A stretch of 64,000 nucleotides of DNA from an uncultured virus (IMG/VR IMGVR_UViG_3300008113_000179) (IMGVR_UViG_3300008113_000179), one strand, 5' to 3'; shown: positions 30,009 through 39,515, counted from the stretch's first letter. The notes: generated by a model from the sequence alone, not told the origin. Numbers and translations: made by a program.

Positions 30009-30448
30009 TGGCAAAGTTTGCTCAAGGTCGTTTTGAAATGAAAAATGTCGACAAATACGTTGGCAAGAAAACACCACTGGCTCGCAGTAGTTGGGAGTTT
30101 GTTTTTATGAGAATGCTTGATGAACACCAAGGAGTTCAAAGTTGGGCAAGCGAAAGTATTCAAATTCCCTATAGAGATCCGTTAACAGGAAAGTATACAA
30201 TATACGTGCCTGATTTCTTTATTGTATATGTAGATAAAAACGGTAAAAAGCATGCAGAAGTTGTTGAAGTTAAACCTGAGAGTCAAACAGTATTAGAAAA
30301 AGTAGGCAAAAGTCAATACAATCAACAGCAGTATGTGAAAAATATGGCCAAATGGGAAGCTGCTACTGCTTGGTGCAAGCAACAAGGTGTTAAGTTCCGT
30401 ATAGTTAACGAAGGTGATATTTTCCATCAGGGCAAAAAACGCAGATAA
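30008..30448 (+). CDS. gp4: Head completion nuclease (T4 gp4-like, TnsA-like PD-(D/E)xK fold)
   Basis: KY.G......RSSWE..FM...D, W.SE...IPY, Y.PDF, EVKP, N.AKW.AA..WC. Confidence 0.9.
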   Translation: MAKFAQGRFEMKNVDKYVGKKTPLARSSWEFVFMRMLDEHQGVQSWASESIQIPYRDPLTGKYTIYVPDFFIVYVDKNGKKHAEVVEVKPESQTVLEKVGKSQYNQQQYVKNMAKWEAATAWCKQQGVKFRIVNEGDIFHQGKKRR

Positions 30449-30455
30449 GTAAAGT

Positions 30456-30935
30456 ATGACTAAAAAATTAGAAACTCTTTTTAATTTAGAAGATTCAAAA
30501 GTTGACGACACTCCTATTCCTGTTTCTGTAGTAGAGCATACAGAAGTAAAAAGCCTAGACGATAGTTATCGTGCGGTTCAAGAAATTACACGCGGTCTGC
30601 CACAAATACAAGAACTAGATAACATAGACGAGCATGAATTAGATGCATTAGCATCTAAGGCAGAACAAGCATATGACGATTTAATGGATTTGGGTATGAA
30701 CGTTGAAGTTCGGTATGCCAGTCGCATATTTGAAGTAGCTAGTTCAATGATGAATAATGCTATCAGTGCCAAAACGGCTAAGATTGATAAAAAATTGAAA
30801 GCCATTGACATCCAGATGAAAAAGTATAAAATTGACAAAGACAACAACGAAGACCCAAATGATGTTATTAACGGGCAGGGATACATTATCACTGACCGCA
30901 ACGAGCTCCTTAAGAAATTGGGTCAAAAGGACTAA
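30456..30935 (+). CDS. Putative terminase small subunit (gp16-like)
   Basis: Helical; R.FEVA..M...A motif and C-terminal DRNELLK; upstream of TerL. Confidence 0.55.
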   Translation: MTKKLETLFNLEDSKVDDTPIPVSVVEHTEVKSLDDSYRAVQEITRGLPQIQELDNIDEHELDALASKAEQAYDDLMDLGMNVEVRYASRIFEVASSMMNNAISAKTAKIDKKLKAIDIQMKKYKIDKDNNEDPNDVINGQGYIITDRNELLKKLGQKD

Positions 30936-30943
30936 ATAGTACT

Positions 30944-31531
30944 ATGAAGACTTTTAAAGAATACCTTGCCGAAGGCAAAAAAGTATACGACTTTAAGATT
31001 AAAGTTGCGGGCGAACTGCCTGAAAAATTCCAAGAAAATCTAAAAGAAAAGCTAGGACGTTGCGGAGTTAAGACTCTTGAAAAAGTTGCTACCACTCCAA
31101 TACAAGCACAGCCTTTAGATTTTCCAGATTATCCAAACTGCGAAGTAACCATATTTGAAGTTGTTTGTGAATATCCAATTACATCCCCTGAAATAATTAA
31201 CGACATTAAAACAATGGGGCTACCAGAAAGCAGCTTCCGTGTTCGTGGTGCTAATGAGCCTGTTGAAAACGAACAGTTACTAGCATCGTTAGAGTCAACA
31301 GGTAAAGCATTGTTGGATGATGGTCAATATAAAGAAGCTGACAAAGTAAAAGTAAAAGATTACTTTGGCGACGACTTTAACAAAAGTTTCTTAAAAGATT
31401 TAGAGAAAACATCTAAAACCTCAAAGAAAGAAAGAGGTATTGGTGAATATAAATTAGCAAAAACAAAAACAGCTGGATCTGTTAGTCCCATGACTAAGAT
31501 CGATAATCCAGTACCAGTTAAGGGAAAATAA
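30944..31531 (+). CDS. Putative internal head protein with capsid-targeting-like N-terminus
   Basis: Starts MKTFKEYLAE (cf. T4 internal protein CTS MKTYQEFIAE); TAAATA 5 nt upstream. Confidence 0.55.
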   Translation: MKTFKEYLAEGKKVYDFKIKVAGELPEKFQENLKEKLGRCGVKTLEKVATTPIQAQPLDFPDYPNCEVTIFEVVCEYPITSPEIINDIKTMGLPESSFRVRGANEPVENEQLLASLESTGKALLDDGQYKEADKVKVKDYFGDDFNKSFLKDLEKTSKTSKKERGIGEYKLAKTKTAGSVSPMTKIDNPVPVKGK

Positions 31532-31533
31532 AA

Positions 31534-32382
31534 ATGAATTTTCAAGATTTGATGAACAAGATGCGTGAACTAGACGCTCCTATTGCTGAATCAACAGTCG
31601 AAGAATGTGGCCAGCCAATGGGCATGATGACACAGTCAATGGACAAACCAGATACACCGCCACCAAGTATGAGTGTTAATCTAAATGCTCAAGGATTAGA
31701 TGATATTGCTGAATTAATGAAGTTGATGACTAAAGTTAATCCAGACATGATTAATCAACCAGCAGCACCTACGACTGCAATTGACCCAATGGGTATGCCG
31801 AGTCTAACTCCTCCAGGCCCAAGCATTTCACCATTAAGCCTAGGTAATTTAGATTCCGGTCCATTAAAAATGCTTCCAGATATGGATGCTGACAATGACG
31901 AAATGCCAGGCGGCGAAATGGATAAAGACGACAGTCCTGTTGCAGATATTCAAAAAGCTATGGGTGATCAAGACGGCGATGGCGATCATGACATGGATGA
32001 TCACGACATGGAAAAGAAAAAAGACAACAAGCCAGAAGATGAAGCTGCTGAGCCAGAAGGCGACGATGACGATATCATGAATCATCTTAATAAAGAATTA
32101 AAACCTTATGATGATCACGTAGCCAAGCTAAAAGCAGACAACAATAAAGAACAGGAAGAAGCAAGTCCAGCTGGATTCGATCAAGCTACTACCAGTCCTG
32201 ACCCAGAATTCAAAGACACCGATTACATGGTAAACAAACTTGCAGGCGGCTTAAACAAGCCAAAGACTATGACTAAGCATGGTTATCAGCAAGGTGATAA
32301 CCCAATGGCAATGACAGACGGCGATCTACGTGCTAGTATCCGTGCAGAATTAATGCAACGGTTAGCTGAAGCTAAAAAATAA
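31534..32382 (+). CDS. Acidic, low-complexity protein, probable prohead core/internal protein
   Basis: Asp/Glu/Pro/Met-rich, DQDGDGDHDMDDH segment, IAE/VEE potential protease sites. Confidence 0.5.
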   Translation: MNFQDLMNKMRELDAPIAESTVEECGQPMGMMTQSMDKPDTPPPSMSVNLNAQGLDDIAELMKLMTKVNPDMINQPAAPTTAIDPMGMPSLTPPGPSISPLSLGNLDSGPLKMLPDMDADNDEMPGGEMDKDDSPVADIQKAMGDQDGDGDHDMDDHDMEKKKDNKPEDEAAEPEGDDDDIMNHLNKELKPYDDHVAKLKADNNKEQEEASPAGFDQATTSPDPEFKDTDYMVNKLAGGLNKPKTMTKHGYQQGDNPMAMTDGDLRASIRAELMQRLAEAKK

Positions 32383-32399
32383 TCAGGTCGAAATAAACC

Positions 32400-32427
32400 A
32401 AATAGGCTCTACGGAGCCTATTTTTTT
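32400..32427 (+). terminator. Rho-independent terminator
   Basis: AAATAGGCTC TACG GAGCCTATTT TTTT (cUACGg loop). Confidence 0.9.
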
Positions 32428-32440
32428 CAGTAAATAAAGT

Positions 32441-33951
32441 ATGGCAAAATCACTAGACGGTAATTTAATTAAAAAGGCGCATGCTCCTCAGCGATATACG
32501 TTAGAGGAAGTCAAGCATCTAGAAGCCTGTATGGACCCAGTAACTGGCCCAATATACTTTGCTAAAAATTTTTTAAAAATTCAACATCCTGTAAGGGGAT
32601 CGATTCCTTTTATCCCATATGATTATCAAGAAAGACTAATCGATGCCTATCACAATAACAAGCAATGTATTGCTATGTTACCGCGTCAAATGGGCAAGAC
32701 TACCTGTGCCTGTGCCTACTTGTTATGGTATACCATGTTTGTGCCAGAAGCACAGGTTCTTATTGCTGCTCACAAGTACGAAGGTGCGCAGGATATTATG
32801 AATCGTTATCGATTTGGCTACGAGAACTTGCCAGACTTTATTCGTGCAGGTGTGTACAGCTACAATAGAAACACTATTGAATATGACAACGGTGCTCGTA
32901 TACAGGCAGTGACAACTACAGAAAACACCGGTCGTGGTAAATCTCTTTCATTCTATCAACAGGTGGTAAGTGTATTATTACTTCAACACCTAACTCAGAC
33001 GAAGATCAGTTTGCGTTAATTTGGACTGAAGCTAATAAACGATTTGACGAGTTTGGCAATGAACAAAAACTAGGTACTAACGGATTTTATAGCTTCTTTG
33101 CACACTGGGCAGAGCATCCAGATCGCGACGAAGAGTGGGCCAAGGAAGAACGCAGCAAGATTGGCGACGAGAGATTCCGCCGAGAATTTGATTGCGAATT
33201 CTTGATTTTTGACGAAACATTAATCAACGCAGTACGTCTTGCAGAACTCAAAGGCACAGAACCCACAATGACAATGGGTCAGACACGATGGTACAAAGAC
33301 ATTAATCCACAGGCAACATATCTTGTAGCATTAGATCCTAGTTTAGGAACTGGCGGAGACAACGGTGCTATTCAGGTATATGAAATGCCAAGCATGGAAC
33401 AAGTTGCCGAATGGTTTCACAATATGACTCCTGTACAAAGCCAGGTAAAACACATGCGTGAAATTTGTAAGTACATTCAAGATAGAGGTCAAGAAAAAGG
33501 TGGAACTCCTCAGATTTATTATAGTGTAGAAAACAATACACTAGGTGAAGCTGCCTTGATTGTCATCAATAACATCGGTGAAGAGCAATTTCCTGGATTA
33601 TTTTTAAGCGAACCTATTAGGAAAGGACATGTACGTAAGTTCCGCAAAGGATTTAATACTACACATAAAACAAAGATTTCTGCGTGTAGTCAATTAAAAC
33701 ACATGTTAGAACAACAAAAGATGAAAATACGTTCTAAGCCTTTAATTTCAGAGCTTAAAACATTTGTAGCACACGGGGTAGGATTTGGTGCTAAAACCGG
33801 AGAGCACGACGATTTAGTATCCGCTACATTGCTTATTATACGCATGGCCGCGGTGCTAGCAGACTGGGATCCTAAGATTTACGAAAAAATGACAGATAGA
33901 ATTACTGAAGATCAGATGCCCATGCCAATCTTTGTATCTAGCAGTATGTGA
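32441..33951 (+). pseudogene. gp17: Terminase large subunit (T4 gp17-like), disrupted as assembled by an internal deletion plus frameshift near 32952
   Basis: Frame A: YQ..L, PRQMGKTT Walker A, TGRGKSLS; frame B from 32953: LSTGGKCIITSTPN, F.REF.CEF, LDPSLGTGGD, VENN, HDDLV; the Walker B segment (..DEFAF..) is in neither frame. Confidence 0.85.
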
Positions 33952-33962
33952 TAAATACAACT

Positions 33963-35804
33963 ATGGACGCAACAAACAATATCGCTACGGATTTATTTTA
34001 TAAAATTAGAAGCCGCTTCACGGGTCTTAAATTAGGCGCTGAAACGGGCCAAGTAACCATTAATCCTGAAGATGCAAGGTTCTTTGATTTTGATTATGTA
34101 GAAGAAGGTAATACCATTGGACATGTTAGCATAAGTCTAGCAGAAGTTAATTCTATGAAAGTATACTTCTCTACAGGTATTACAGAATCAATGGATCCTA
34201 GAGAAAAGAAAAACTGGTACAATTTTTTAAGAGAATTGCGTATGTTTGCTAAACGTAGACTAATGAGTTTTGATACTAGAGATATCACTAAAGACAATTT
34301 AGATAAACGTGATTACTCATTTTTAAGTCAACACAGCAAACCTGCAACACCCCCAAATACGGTAACAACACAAGTCGGAGAAAGTGTAATGAACGAAAGC
34401 TCACTATATGGCTCAAAAACAATGAGCTATCAGAAATTAGAAGATACTCGCTTAATTATTAAACATAGTCAAGCATTAGCAGATGATATGCAACCAGGAG
34501 CAAGATCAAGAAATATTTCTGGACTATTTGTTGAAAACGGTGAAGGCGAACGTTTTAAATACCCGTTTATTCACTTAGCAGGTGCCCGTGCAATGCAACG
34601 TCACGTGGCCAACGGTGGTATGCCGTATGATGACGTTGGTAAAAGTATTATTGGAATGAGTGAAGAAATTGCTCAACTAAAGAGCTTTGGCAACTATGTT
34701 GTTCGAAACGACCTAATGAATTCAGACACAAACGGCATTGTAGAAAAAAGTTCAAATCAATTAAATTCTTTAAGAGAGATGATCGCTAAACTTGCAAAAC
34801 AAAGTCATTACGAGGCTTACAAAAATTCTTTTCAGGCACACAGCCCAATGGAAGTACCGCAAGATGTTGTAGAAGATTTTACAGAAAAATTTACAGTTAA
34901 AAACTTTAAAGAAGATATCAAATCTGTATTTCCGGTATTGTACAGATTAATGCAAGAAGATAATACCATAGGCTATGACGACATAGTCGCAATGACCACA
35001 CAAGAAGATTTCTCAAACGACGATGATGAAATTAATACAACTCCAGAGGCATTTGATCCGTTTGCACGTTTTGAAAACTGGGCAATGGCCCTAGGCGAAG
35101 AAAGTGGCATCCAGAGTGATGATCAAGAAACCAAGGCCACTGCAATTAAAGAGTTACAAGAATTAGTAGGACAACATTTTCCAGCAGGTGACAATGGCAT
35201 GAACGCTATTCAAAGTCTAAAAGGAATTGTTGACGATTCAAGATTATATCAAGAAATTAAACAACAGGCAAAAGAAGAAGGCGACGATTCGTGTGTAAGA
35301 GGTCTAGTAAAAGATTGGCTAGAACAAAATGCACCCGATGTAGTTAATGAATTAGACTTTGGCGATTATCAAGAAGAAGAACCTGCAGGCGAAGAGCCGG
35401 TGACAGCCCAAGGGGGTGAAGAAACTGCACCAGAAGAAGTCCCGCGAGAATCTGATGATAAGCAAGATGATACCCCGCCATGGGATAATGACGACGAAGA
35501 ATCAAATTTTAAAAAGCCCAACAATCCAAATCGTACAGGCCAAGATAGTGCTAGAGCATTAGCTCAAAAAGGCATGAAGCAACAAATGAATGTGAAAGAG
35601 ATTGCTGAATTTGTTCATAGTTTTTATGATAGAGATTCAGGAACTTTTCCTAAAGGGCCAGAAGGAGTCGCTACAATGGTAGGCAAGAAATTTGGCGAGC
35701 AAGCAGAAGCCGTTGCTCGAAAGTTTGTTGAAAGAATGGCTCCACAACAACAATCACCAGAGATAGCAGAACTAGCTCGTATTAAAGAACTAGCTAGTTG
35801 GTAA
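33963..35804 (+). CDS. Large acidic hypothetical protein, possible head-associated; start reassigned to 33963
   Basis: TAAATA 5 nt upstream of ATG 33963; acidic C-terminal half. Confidence 0.65.
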   Translation: MDATNNIATDLFYKIRSRFTGLKLGAETGQVTINPEDARFFDFDYVEEGNTIGHVSISLAEVNSMKVYFSTGITESMDPREKKNWYNFLRELRMFAKRRLMSFDTRDITKDNLDKRDYSFLSQHSKPATPPNTVTTQVGESVMNESSLYGSKTMSYQKLEDTRLIIKHSQALADDMQPGARSRNISGLFVENGEGERFKYPFIHLAGARAMQRHVANGGMPYDDVGKSIIGMSEEIAQLKSFGNYVVRNDLMNSDTNGIVEKSSNQLNSLREMIAKLAKQSHYEAYKNSFQAHSPMEVPQDVVEDFTEKFTVKNFKEDIKSVFPVLYRLMQEDNTIGYDDIVAMTTQEDFSNDDDEINTTPEAFDPFARFENWAMALGEESGIQSDDQETKATAIKELQELVGQHFPAGDNGMNAIQSLKGIVDDSRLYQEIKQQAKEEGDDSCVRGLVKDWLEQNAPDVVNELDFGDYQEEEPAGEEPVTAQGGEETAPEEVPRESDDKQDDTPPWDNDDEESNFKKPNNPNRTGQDSARALAQKGMKQQMNVKEIAEFVHSFYDRDSGTFPKGPEGVATMVGKKFGEQAEAVARKFVERMAPQQQSPEIAELARIKELASW

Positions 35805-35847
35805 CAATTGTTCGTAGCAGTTAGAGTCTAGTTAACTCTATTAGATT

Positions 35848-35871
35848 GAGCACTTAGGTGCTCTTTCTTTT
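35848..35871 (+). terminator. Rho-independent terminator
   Basis: GAGCAC TTAG GTGCTC TTTCTTTT. Confidence 0.75.
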
Positions 35872-35889
35872 GGCTTTATAAATATGTGT

Positions 35890-36114
35890 ATGAGAAATCT
35901 CAATATCTTTTTTAGTCTAGCACCAGCACCTGCATTTCTGTTAGGAGCAGCGATCAGCTATGCATACTCACATCACAACATATGCGGCGCATTTACTCTA
36001 GAAATGCCTATCATGTGGTTAATTATGGCAGCGGCACACATCAGTCCTTGGCTCATGTGGTGGCAGCAAAGAAAGTTTCAAAAATTCCAAACTCGTCCTG
36101 ATAAACAGCAGTGA
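35890..36114 (+). CDS. Small two-TM membrane protein
   Basis: Full TATAAATA 5 nt upstream of ATG 35890; two hydrophobic segments and a basic tail. Confidence 0.55.
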   Translation: MRNLNIFFSLAPAPAFLLGAAISYAYSHHNICGAFTLEMPIMWLIMAAAHISPWLMWWQQRKFQKFQTRPDKQQ

Positions 36115-36329
36115 TAGTGTCCATCCAGCACTGACAATATATCTTTATATAAATTCCACAATCTATCCGGATATTGCTCATAGTAGCCCGAGTCAATATA
36201 GCCTATGTCATAGGCCTTTACTATACCGTACGGACCACGTATGTACATGTTTGTAATAATACCGTGATCTGATTCGCCCAGTAGTTCCTGAGCAAACAGT
36301 AGTTGGGAGTCAATGTGTTGCCAATCCAT
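36078..36329 (-). CDS. Hypothetical protein
   Basis: 83-aa ORF filling otherwise empty space; no recognisable motif. Confidence 0.4.
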   Translation of the reverse strand: MDWQHIDSQLLFAQELLGESDHGIITNMYIRGPYGIVKAYDIGYIDSGYYEQYPDRLWNLYKDILSVLDGHYHCCLSGRVWNF

Positions 36330-36402
36330 ATAGTATATAGTCGCTTTTTATTTTGGCTAGATTGATTGTCAACTAATCACCGACCTGCCGCGTTATATAT
36401 AT

Positions 36403-36582
36403 ATGCAAGAAGAAAAACACCTTAACTGTTACAGTGATTTAAAATCGGATAAAAACGATCACGAACCACAGTCATTGCCAATCTTGCCTACATCATATGA
36501 TTGGAAATATTCAAACTGTGATGAAAAGCGAACAGGGCCGTGTCAAAGAACAGATGTTATAACTTTGAGCATATTTCATTAA
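36403..36582 (+). CDS. Possible small hypothetical protein (59 aa, not in ORF track)
   Basis: ATG at 36403 to TAA 36582, MQEEKHLNCYSDL...; no motif. Confidence 0.25.
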   Translation: MQEEKHLNCYSDLKSDKNDHEPQSLPILPTSYDWKYSNCDEKRTGPCQRTDVITLSIFH

Positions 36583-36599
36583 TCTAAAAGGAACTCAAA

Positions 36600-36803
36600 A
36601 TGAAAACTATCGCAACTTTAATCGCAACAATGTTTGCCGCAACTGTGTTTGCCGCTGAGCCAGCTAAGGCGCCAGCAACTCCTGCAGCCGCACCAGCTAA
36701 GGTAGAAGCCAAGAAGGAAGAGAAAAAGCCTGCAAAAAGTGACGGTGCAAAGAAGGACGCACCTAAAGCAGACGCAAAGCCAGCTGCTACTCCAGCAAAG
36801 TAA
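36600..36803 (+). CDS. Small secreted Ala/Lys/Pro-rich protein
   Basis: AAGGA SD; signal peptide MKTIATLIATMFAATVFA/AE then low-complexity PAKAPATPAAAPAK. Confidence 0.75.
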   Translation: MKTIATLIATMFAATVFAAEPAKAPATPAAAPAKVEAKKEEKKPAKSDGAKKDAPKADAKPAATPAK

Positions 36804-36981
36804 GTTCGATTTAGAAGATAGTGATCTCGTTGTTGACGATGAGGTTACTTTTGGTCGTAATCGACGCAGTGAAGAGTTTGGTAAAATAGTTCAGGATGAT
36901 GAACTATCAGACTATGTGAAGTTTAGATTATGGCTGGCTAGACAAAGAGCAATGGCAAAGTATAGGGAAAAGTGGGCATGA
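36739..36981 (+). CDS. Hypothetical protein (start uncertain)
   Basis: Protein-like C-terminal part ending in a terminator; overlaps the previous gene in the +1 frame. Confidence 0.45.
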   Translation: MTVQRRTHLKQTQSQLLLQQSKFDLEDSDLVVDDEVTFGRNRRSEEFGKIVQDDELSDYVKFRLWLARQRAMAKYREKWA

Positions 36982-36996
36982 CCCACTTTTTCTTTT
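36968..36996 (+). terminator. Rho-independent terminator
   Basis: AAAAGTGGG CATGA CCCACTTTT TCTTTT. Confidence 0.85.
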
Positions 36997-37029
36997 GGTG
37001 AAACAAGTCAAAAACATAGTAGATAATCG

Positions 37030-37058
37030 TTGACTTCGCTAAATAAAAAGCGCATAAT
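37030..37058 (+). promoter_or_regulatory. sigma70-like promoter with a nested TAAATA late core upstream of SSB
   Basis: TTGACT-17 nt-CATAAT; TAAATA at 37040-37045 inside the spacer. Confidence 0.65.
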
Positions 37059-37115
37059 AATACATGTGCATAAGGCATATAAAACATTTTAGGCATATCA
37101 TAGGAGGCATTTAAA

Positions 37116-38138
37116 ATGGCATCACTCGCAGAAATCCGTGCTAAACTTCAAGAAGCACAATCAAAGTCCACAGGACAATCCACCGGCGGTGGAGACAACG
37201 CAATTTACCCACAATCCACCGGCGGTGGAGACAACGCAATTTACCCACATTGGAATATGGCCGAGGGCAAGGAAGCAGTAATTCGCTTACTACCTGATGG
37301 TAATCCCAACAACACATTCTTCTGGGTAGAACGTGCAATGATCAAATTGCCATTCGCAGGCATCAAAGGTGAAACAGATTCCAAACCAGTCCAAGTACAA
37401 GTCCCATGTGTGGAAATGTACAATGATGGTTCTGTTTGCCCAATCCTTAGCGAAGTGCGTGGTTGGTTTAAAGATAAATCACTAGAAGAAATGGGTCGTA
37501 AGTATTGGAAGAAACGTTCATACATTTTCCAAGGCTTCATTGTTGAAGATCCGCTCAAAGAGGAAAAGACTCCAGAGAACCCAATCCGTAGATTTATCAT
37601 TGGTCCTCAAATCTATCAAATTATCCGTTCAGCATTGATGGATCCGGAGTTGGAAGAACTGCCAACTGACTATCTTAAAGGTGTCGACTTCCGCATTGCC
37701 AAGACATCAAAAGGCGGATTTGCTGACTACTCTACTAGTAAGTGGAGCCGTCGTGAACGTGCATTAACTGAGATCGAAGCAGGCGCATTGAACGCTAACG
37801 AACTGTTTAACTTATCAGACTTTTTACCTAAGAAGCCAACTGATGTTGAATTAAAAGTTATGAAAGAAATGTTTGAAGCATCAGTTGATGGTGAAGCATA
37901 TGATATGGACCGTTGGGGACAATACTTCAAACCGGCAGGTATGGGTCAGGCAACTGGCGACCCGCATCGTGCAACTGCCAACACAGCCACACCAGCTGCC
38001 AAAGCAAATGACGACTATGCAGATAACGAACCTGTTTCTGTAGCAAGTGCGCCAGCAGCCGCAGCGGCTCCTGCAGGTGGTGACGGTGCTAGTCGTGCGC
38101 AAGATATTCTTGCCATGATTCGTAATCGTCAGAAGTAA
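37116..38138 (+). CDS. gp32: Single-stranded DNA-binding protein (T4 gp32-like)
   Basis: AGGAGG SD; AVIRLLP, C....CP, YWKKRSY, G.DFRI.K...GF.DY.TSKW; low-complexity C-terminal tail. Confidence 0.9.
   Translation: MASLAEIRAKLQEAQSKSTGQSTGGGDNAIYPQSTGGGDNAIYPHWNMAEGKEAVIRLLPDGNPNNTFFWVERAMIKLPFAGIKGETDSKPVQVQVPCVEMYNDGSVCPILSEVRGWFKDKSLEEMGRKYWKKRSYIFQGFIVEDPLKEEKTPENPIRRFIIGPQIYQIIRSALMDPELEELPTDYLKGVDFRIAKTSKGGFADYSTSKWSRRERALTEIEAGALNANELFNLSDFLPKKPTDVELKVMKEMFEASVDGEAYDMDRWGQYFKPAGMGQATGDPHRATANTATPAAKANDDYADNEPVSVASAPAAAAAPAGGDGASRAQDILAMIRNRQK
37175..37249 (+). repeat. Exact 36-nt in-frame tandem duplication in the SSB gene
   Basis: ACAATCCACCGGCGGTGGAGACAACGCAATTTACCC x2, giving QSTGGGDNAIYP twice. 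Confidence 0.95.
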
Positions 38139-38149
38139 TTAGACTAAAC

Positions 38150-38180
38150 ATAGAGTGTGGGGCAACTCACACTCTATTTC
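38150..38180 (+). terminator. 12-bp hairpin with GCAA tetraloop between gp32 and uvsX (terminator/attenuator or processing site)
   Basis: ATAGAGTGTGGG GCAA CTCACACTCTAT, weak U tail. Confidence 0.6.
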
Positions 38181-38199
38181 TCAACAGGGCAAAAATAAT

Positions 38200-39279
38200 A
38201 TGGCAAAAGCATTTGATATTTCTAAATTTAGAAAGTCAATTACTAAATCTATCGACGGTTTAAGTATTGGCTTTAACGACCCAACCGATTGGGTTAGTAC
38301 AAACAACTACGCATTAAATTATCTTATCAGCGGATACTTTGATCGTGGTATTCCACTAGGCAAGGTTACTGTGTTTGCAGGTGAAAGTGGCGCAGGTAAA
38401 AGTTTTATCTGTTCAGGTAATCTAGTCAAGAACGCACAAGCACAAGGTATCTATCCTATCTTGATCGATACAGAAAATGCACTTGACGAAAAATGGTTAC
38501 ATGCTCTTGGAGTTGATACAAGTCCAGACAAGTTGTTGAAACTTAACATGGCCATGATTGACGATGTAGCAAAGACTATCACAGAGTTCATTGCAGAATA
38601 CAAAACAATGGATGAAGCAGATCGTCCTAAGATCCTGTTTATTATTGACAGCTTAGGTATGCTTTTGACACCCACAGACGTTAATCAATTCCAAGCAGGT
38701 GATATGAAAGGCGACATGGGTCGTAAGCCTAAAGCATTAACTGCACTGGTTCGTAACTGCGTTAACATGTTTGGCTCTTACAACATTGGTATGGTTTGTA
38801 CCAATCACACCTACGCAAGTCAAGACATGTTTGATCCAGATGACAAGATCAGTGGCGGTCAAGGTTTTATCTATGCTAGCTCTATTGTAGTTGCCATGCG
38901 TAAATTGAAATTAAAACTTGATGCAGACGGCAACAAGACTACAACTGTTCAAGGTATTCGTGCAGCCTGTAAGATTATGAAAACTCGTTATGCAAAACCG
39001 TTTGAAAGTGTACAGGTTGAGATTCCTTATGAAACAGGTATGAGTCCATATAGTGGATTAGTCGACCTGTTCGAAGCCAAAGGCATGCTCAAGAAAGAAG
39101 GTAACAGCCTAGTATACACAACATCAGACGGTGAGATTATTAAACAGTTCCGCAAGGCTTGGGAACGCAATGAGAAAGACGGCCTAGACATTGCAATGGC
39201 AGACATTTCAAAACATGGCGAAAAAACCGATTCCGGGATAACTACTACAGTTGAACCTGAAACGGAGAGCGTAGAATGA
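38200..39279 (+). CDS. uvsX: RecA-like recombinase; start reassigned to 38200
   Basis: AGESGAGKS Walker A, IDTENA, IIDSLG, TNHTY, SGGQG..YASS. Confidence 0.92.
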   Translation: MAKAFDISKFRKSITKSIDGLSIGFNDPTDWVSTNNYALNYLISGYFDRGIPLGKVTVFAGESGAGKSFICSGNLVKNAQAQGIYPILIDTENALDEKWLHALGVDTSPDKLLKLNMAMIDDVAKTITEFIAEYKTMDEADRPKILFIIDSLGMLLTPTDVNQFQAGDMKGDMGRKPKALTALVRNCVNMFGSYNIGMVCTNHTYASQDMFDPDDKISGGQGFIYASSIVVAMRKLKLKLDADGNKTTTVQGIRAACKIMKTRYAKPFESVQVEIPYETGMSPYSGLVDLFEAKGMLKKEGNSLVYTTSDGEIIKQFRKAWERNEKDGLDIAMADISKHGEKTDSGITTTVEPETESVE

Positions 39280-39515
39280 AAGACGATGTAATTGCCGATA
39301 TCTGGACATTAGTCATTGAACATATCCCGGAAAAAAGTCGTAAAGACGTAGCAGCGGATTTTGTTAATACTTTGTTAGATCATGGTGTTAAAGAAAGTGT
39401 ACTAGATAGTCTATTAGGTGTAGATCCTTATCTCGATACAGCTATAGAATATGCCACCGACGGCGAAGACTATAGTGAAGAGGAAGATGAATACAACGAA
39501 GATTTTGAGGATTAA
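39276..39515 (+). CDS. Small acidic hypothetical protein
   Basis: ATGA overlap with uvsX; acidic tail. Confidence 0.65.
   Translation: MKDDVIADIWTLVIEHIPEKSRKDVAADFVNTLLDHGVKESVLDSLLGVDPYLDTAIEYATDGEDYSEEEDEYNEDFED

Noticed and set aside
32936..32960. Programmed -1 frameshift in TerL
   Set aside because: No X XXY YYZ slippery heptamer, and a shift would still give a protein lacking Walker B; a deletion explains it better
35822..35840. Small hairpin TAGAGT/ACTCTA before the terminator as an ncRNA
   Set aside because: Only a 6-bp stem with no other support
37175..37249. CRISPR-like 36-nt repeat
   Set aside because: Copies are directly adjacent with no spacer and lie in-frame inside SSB
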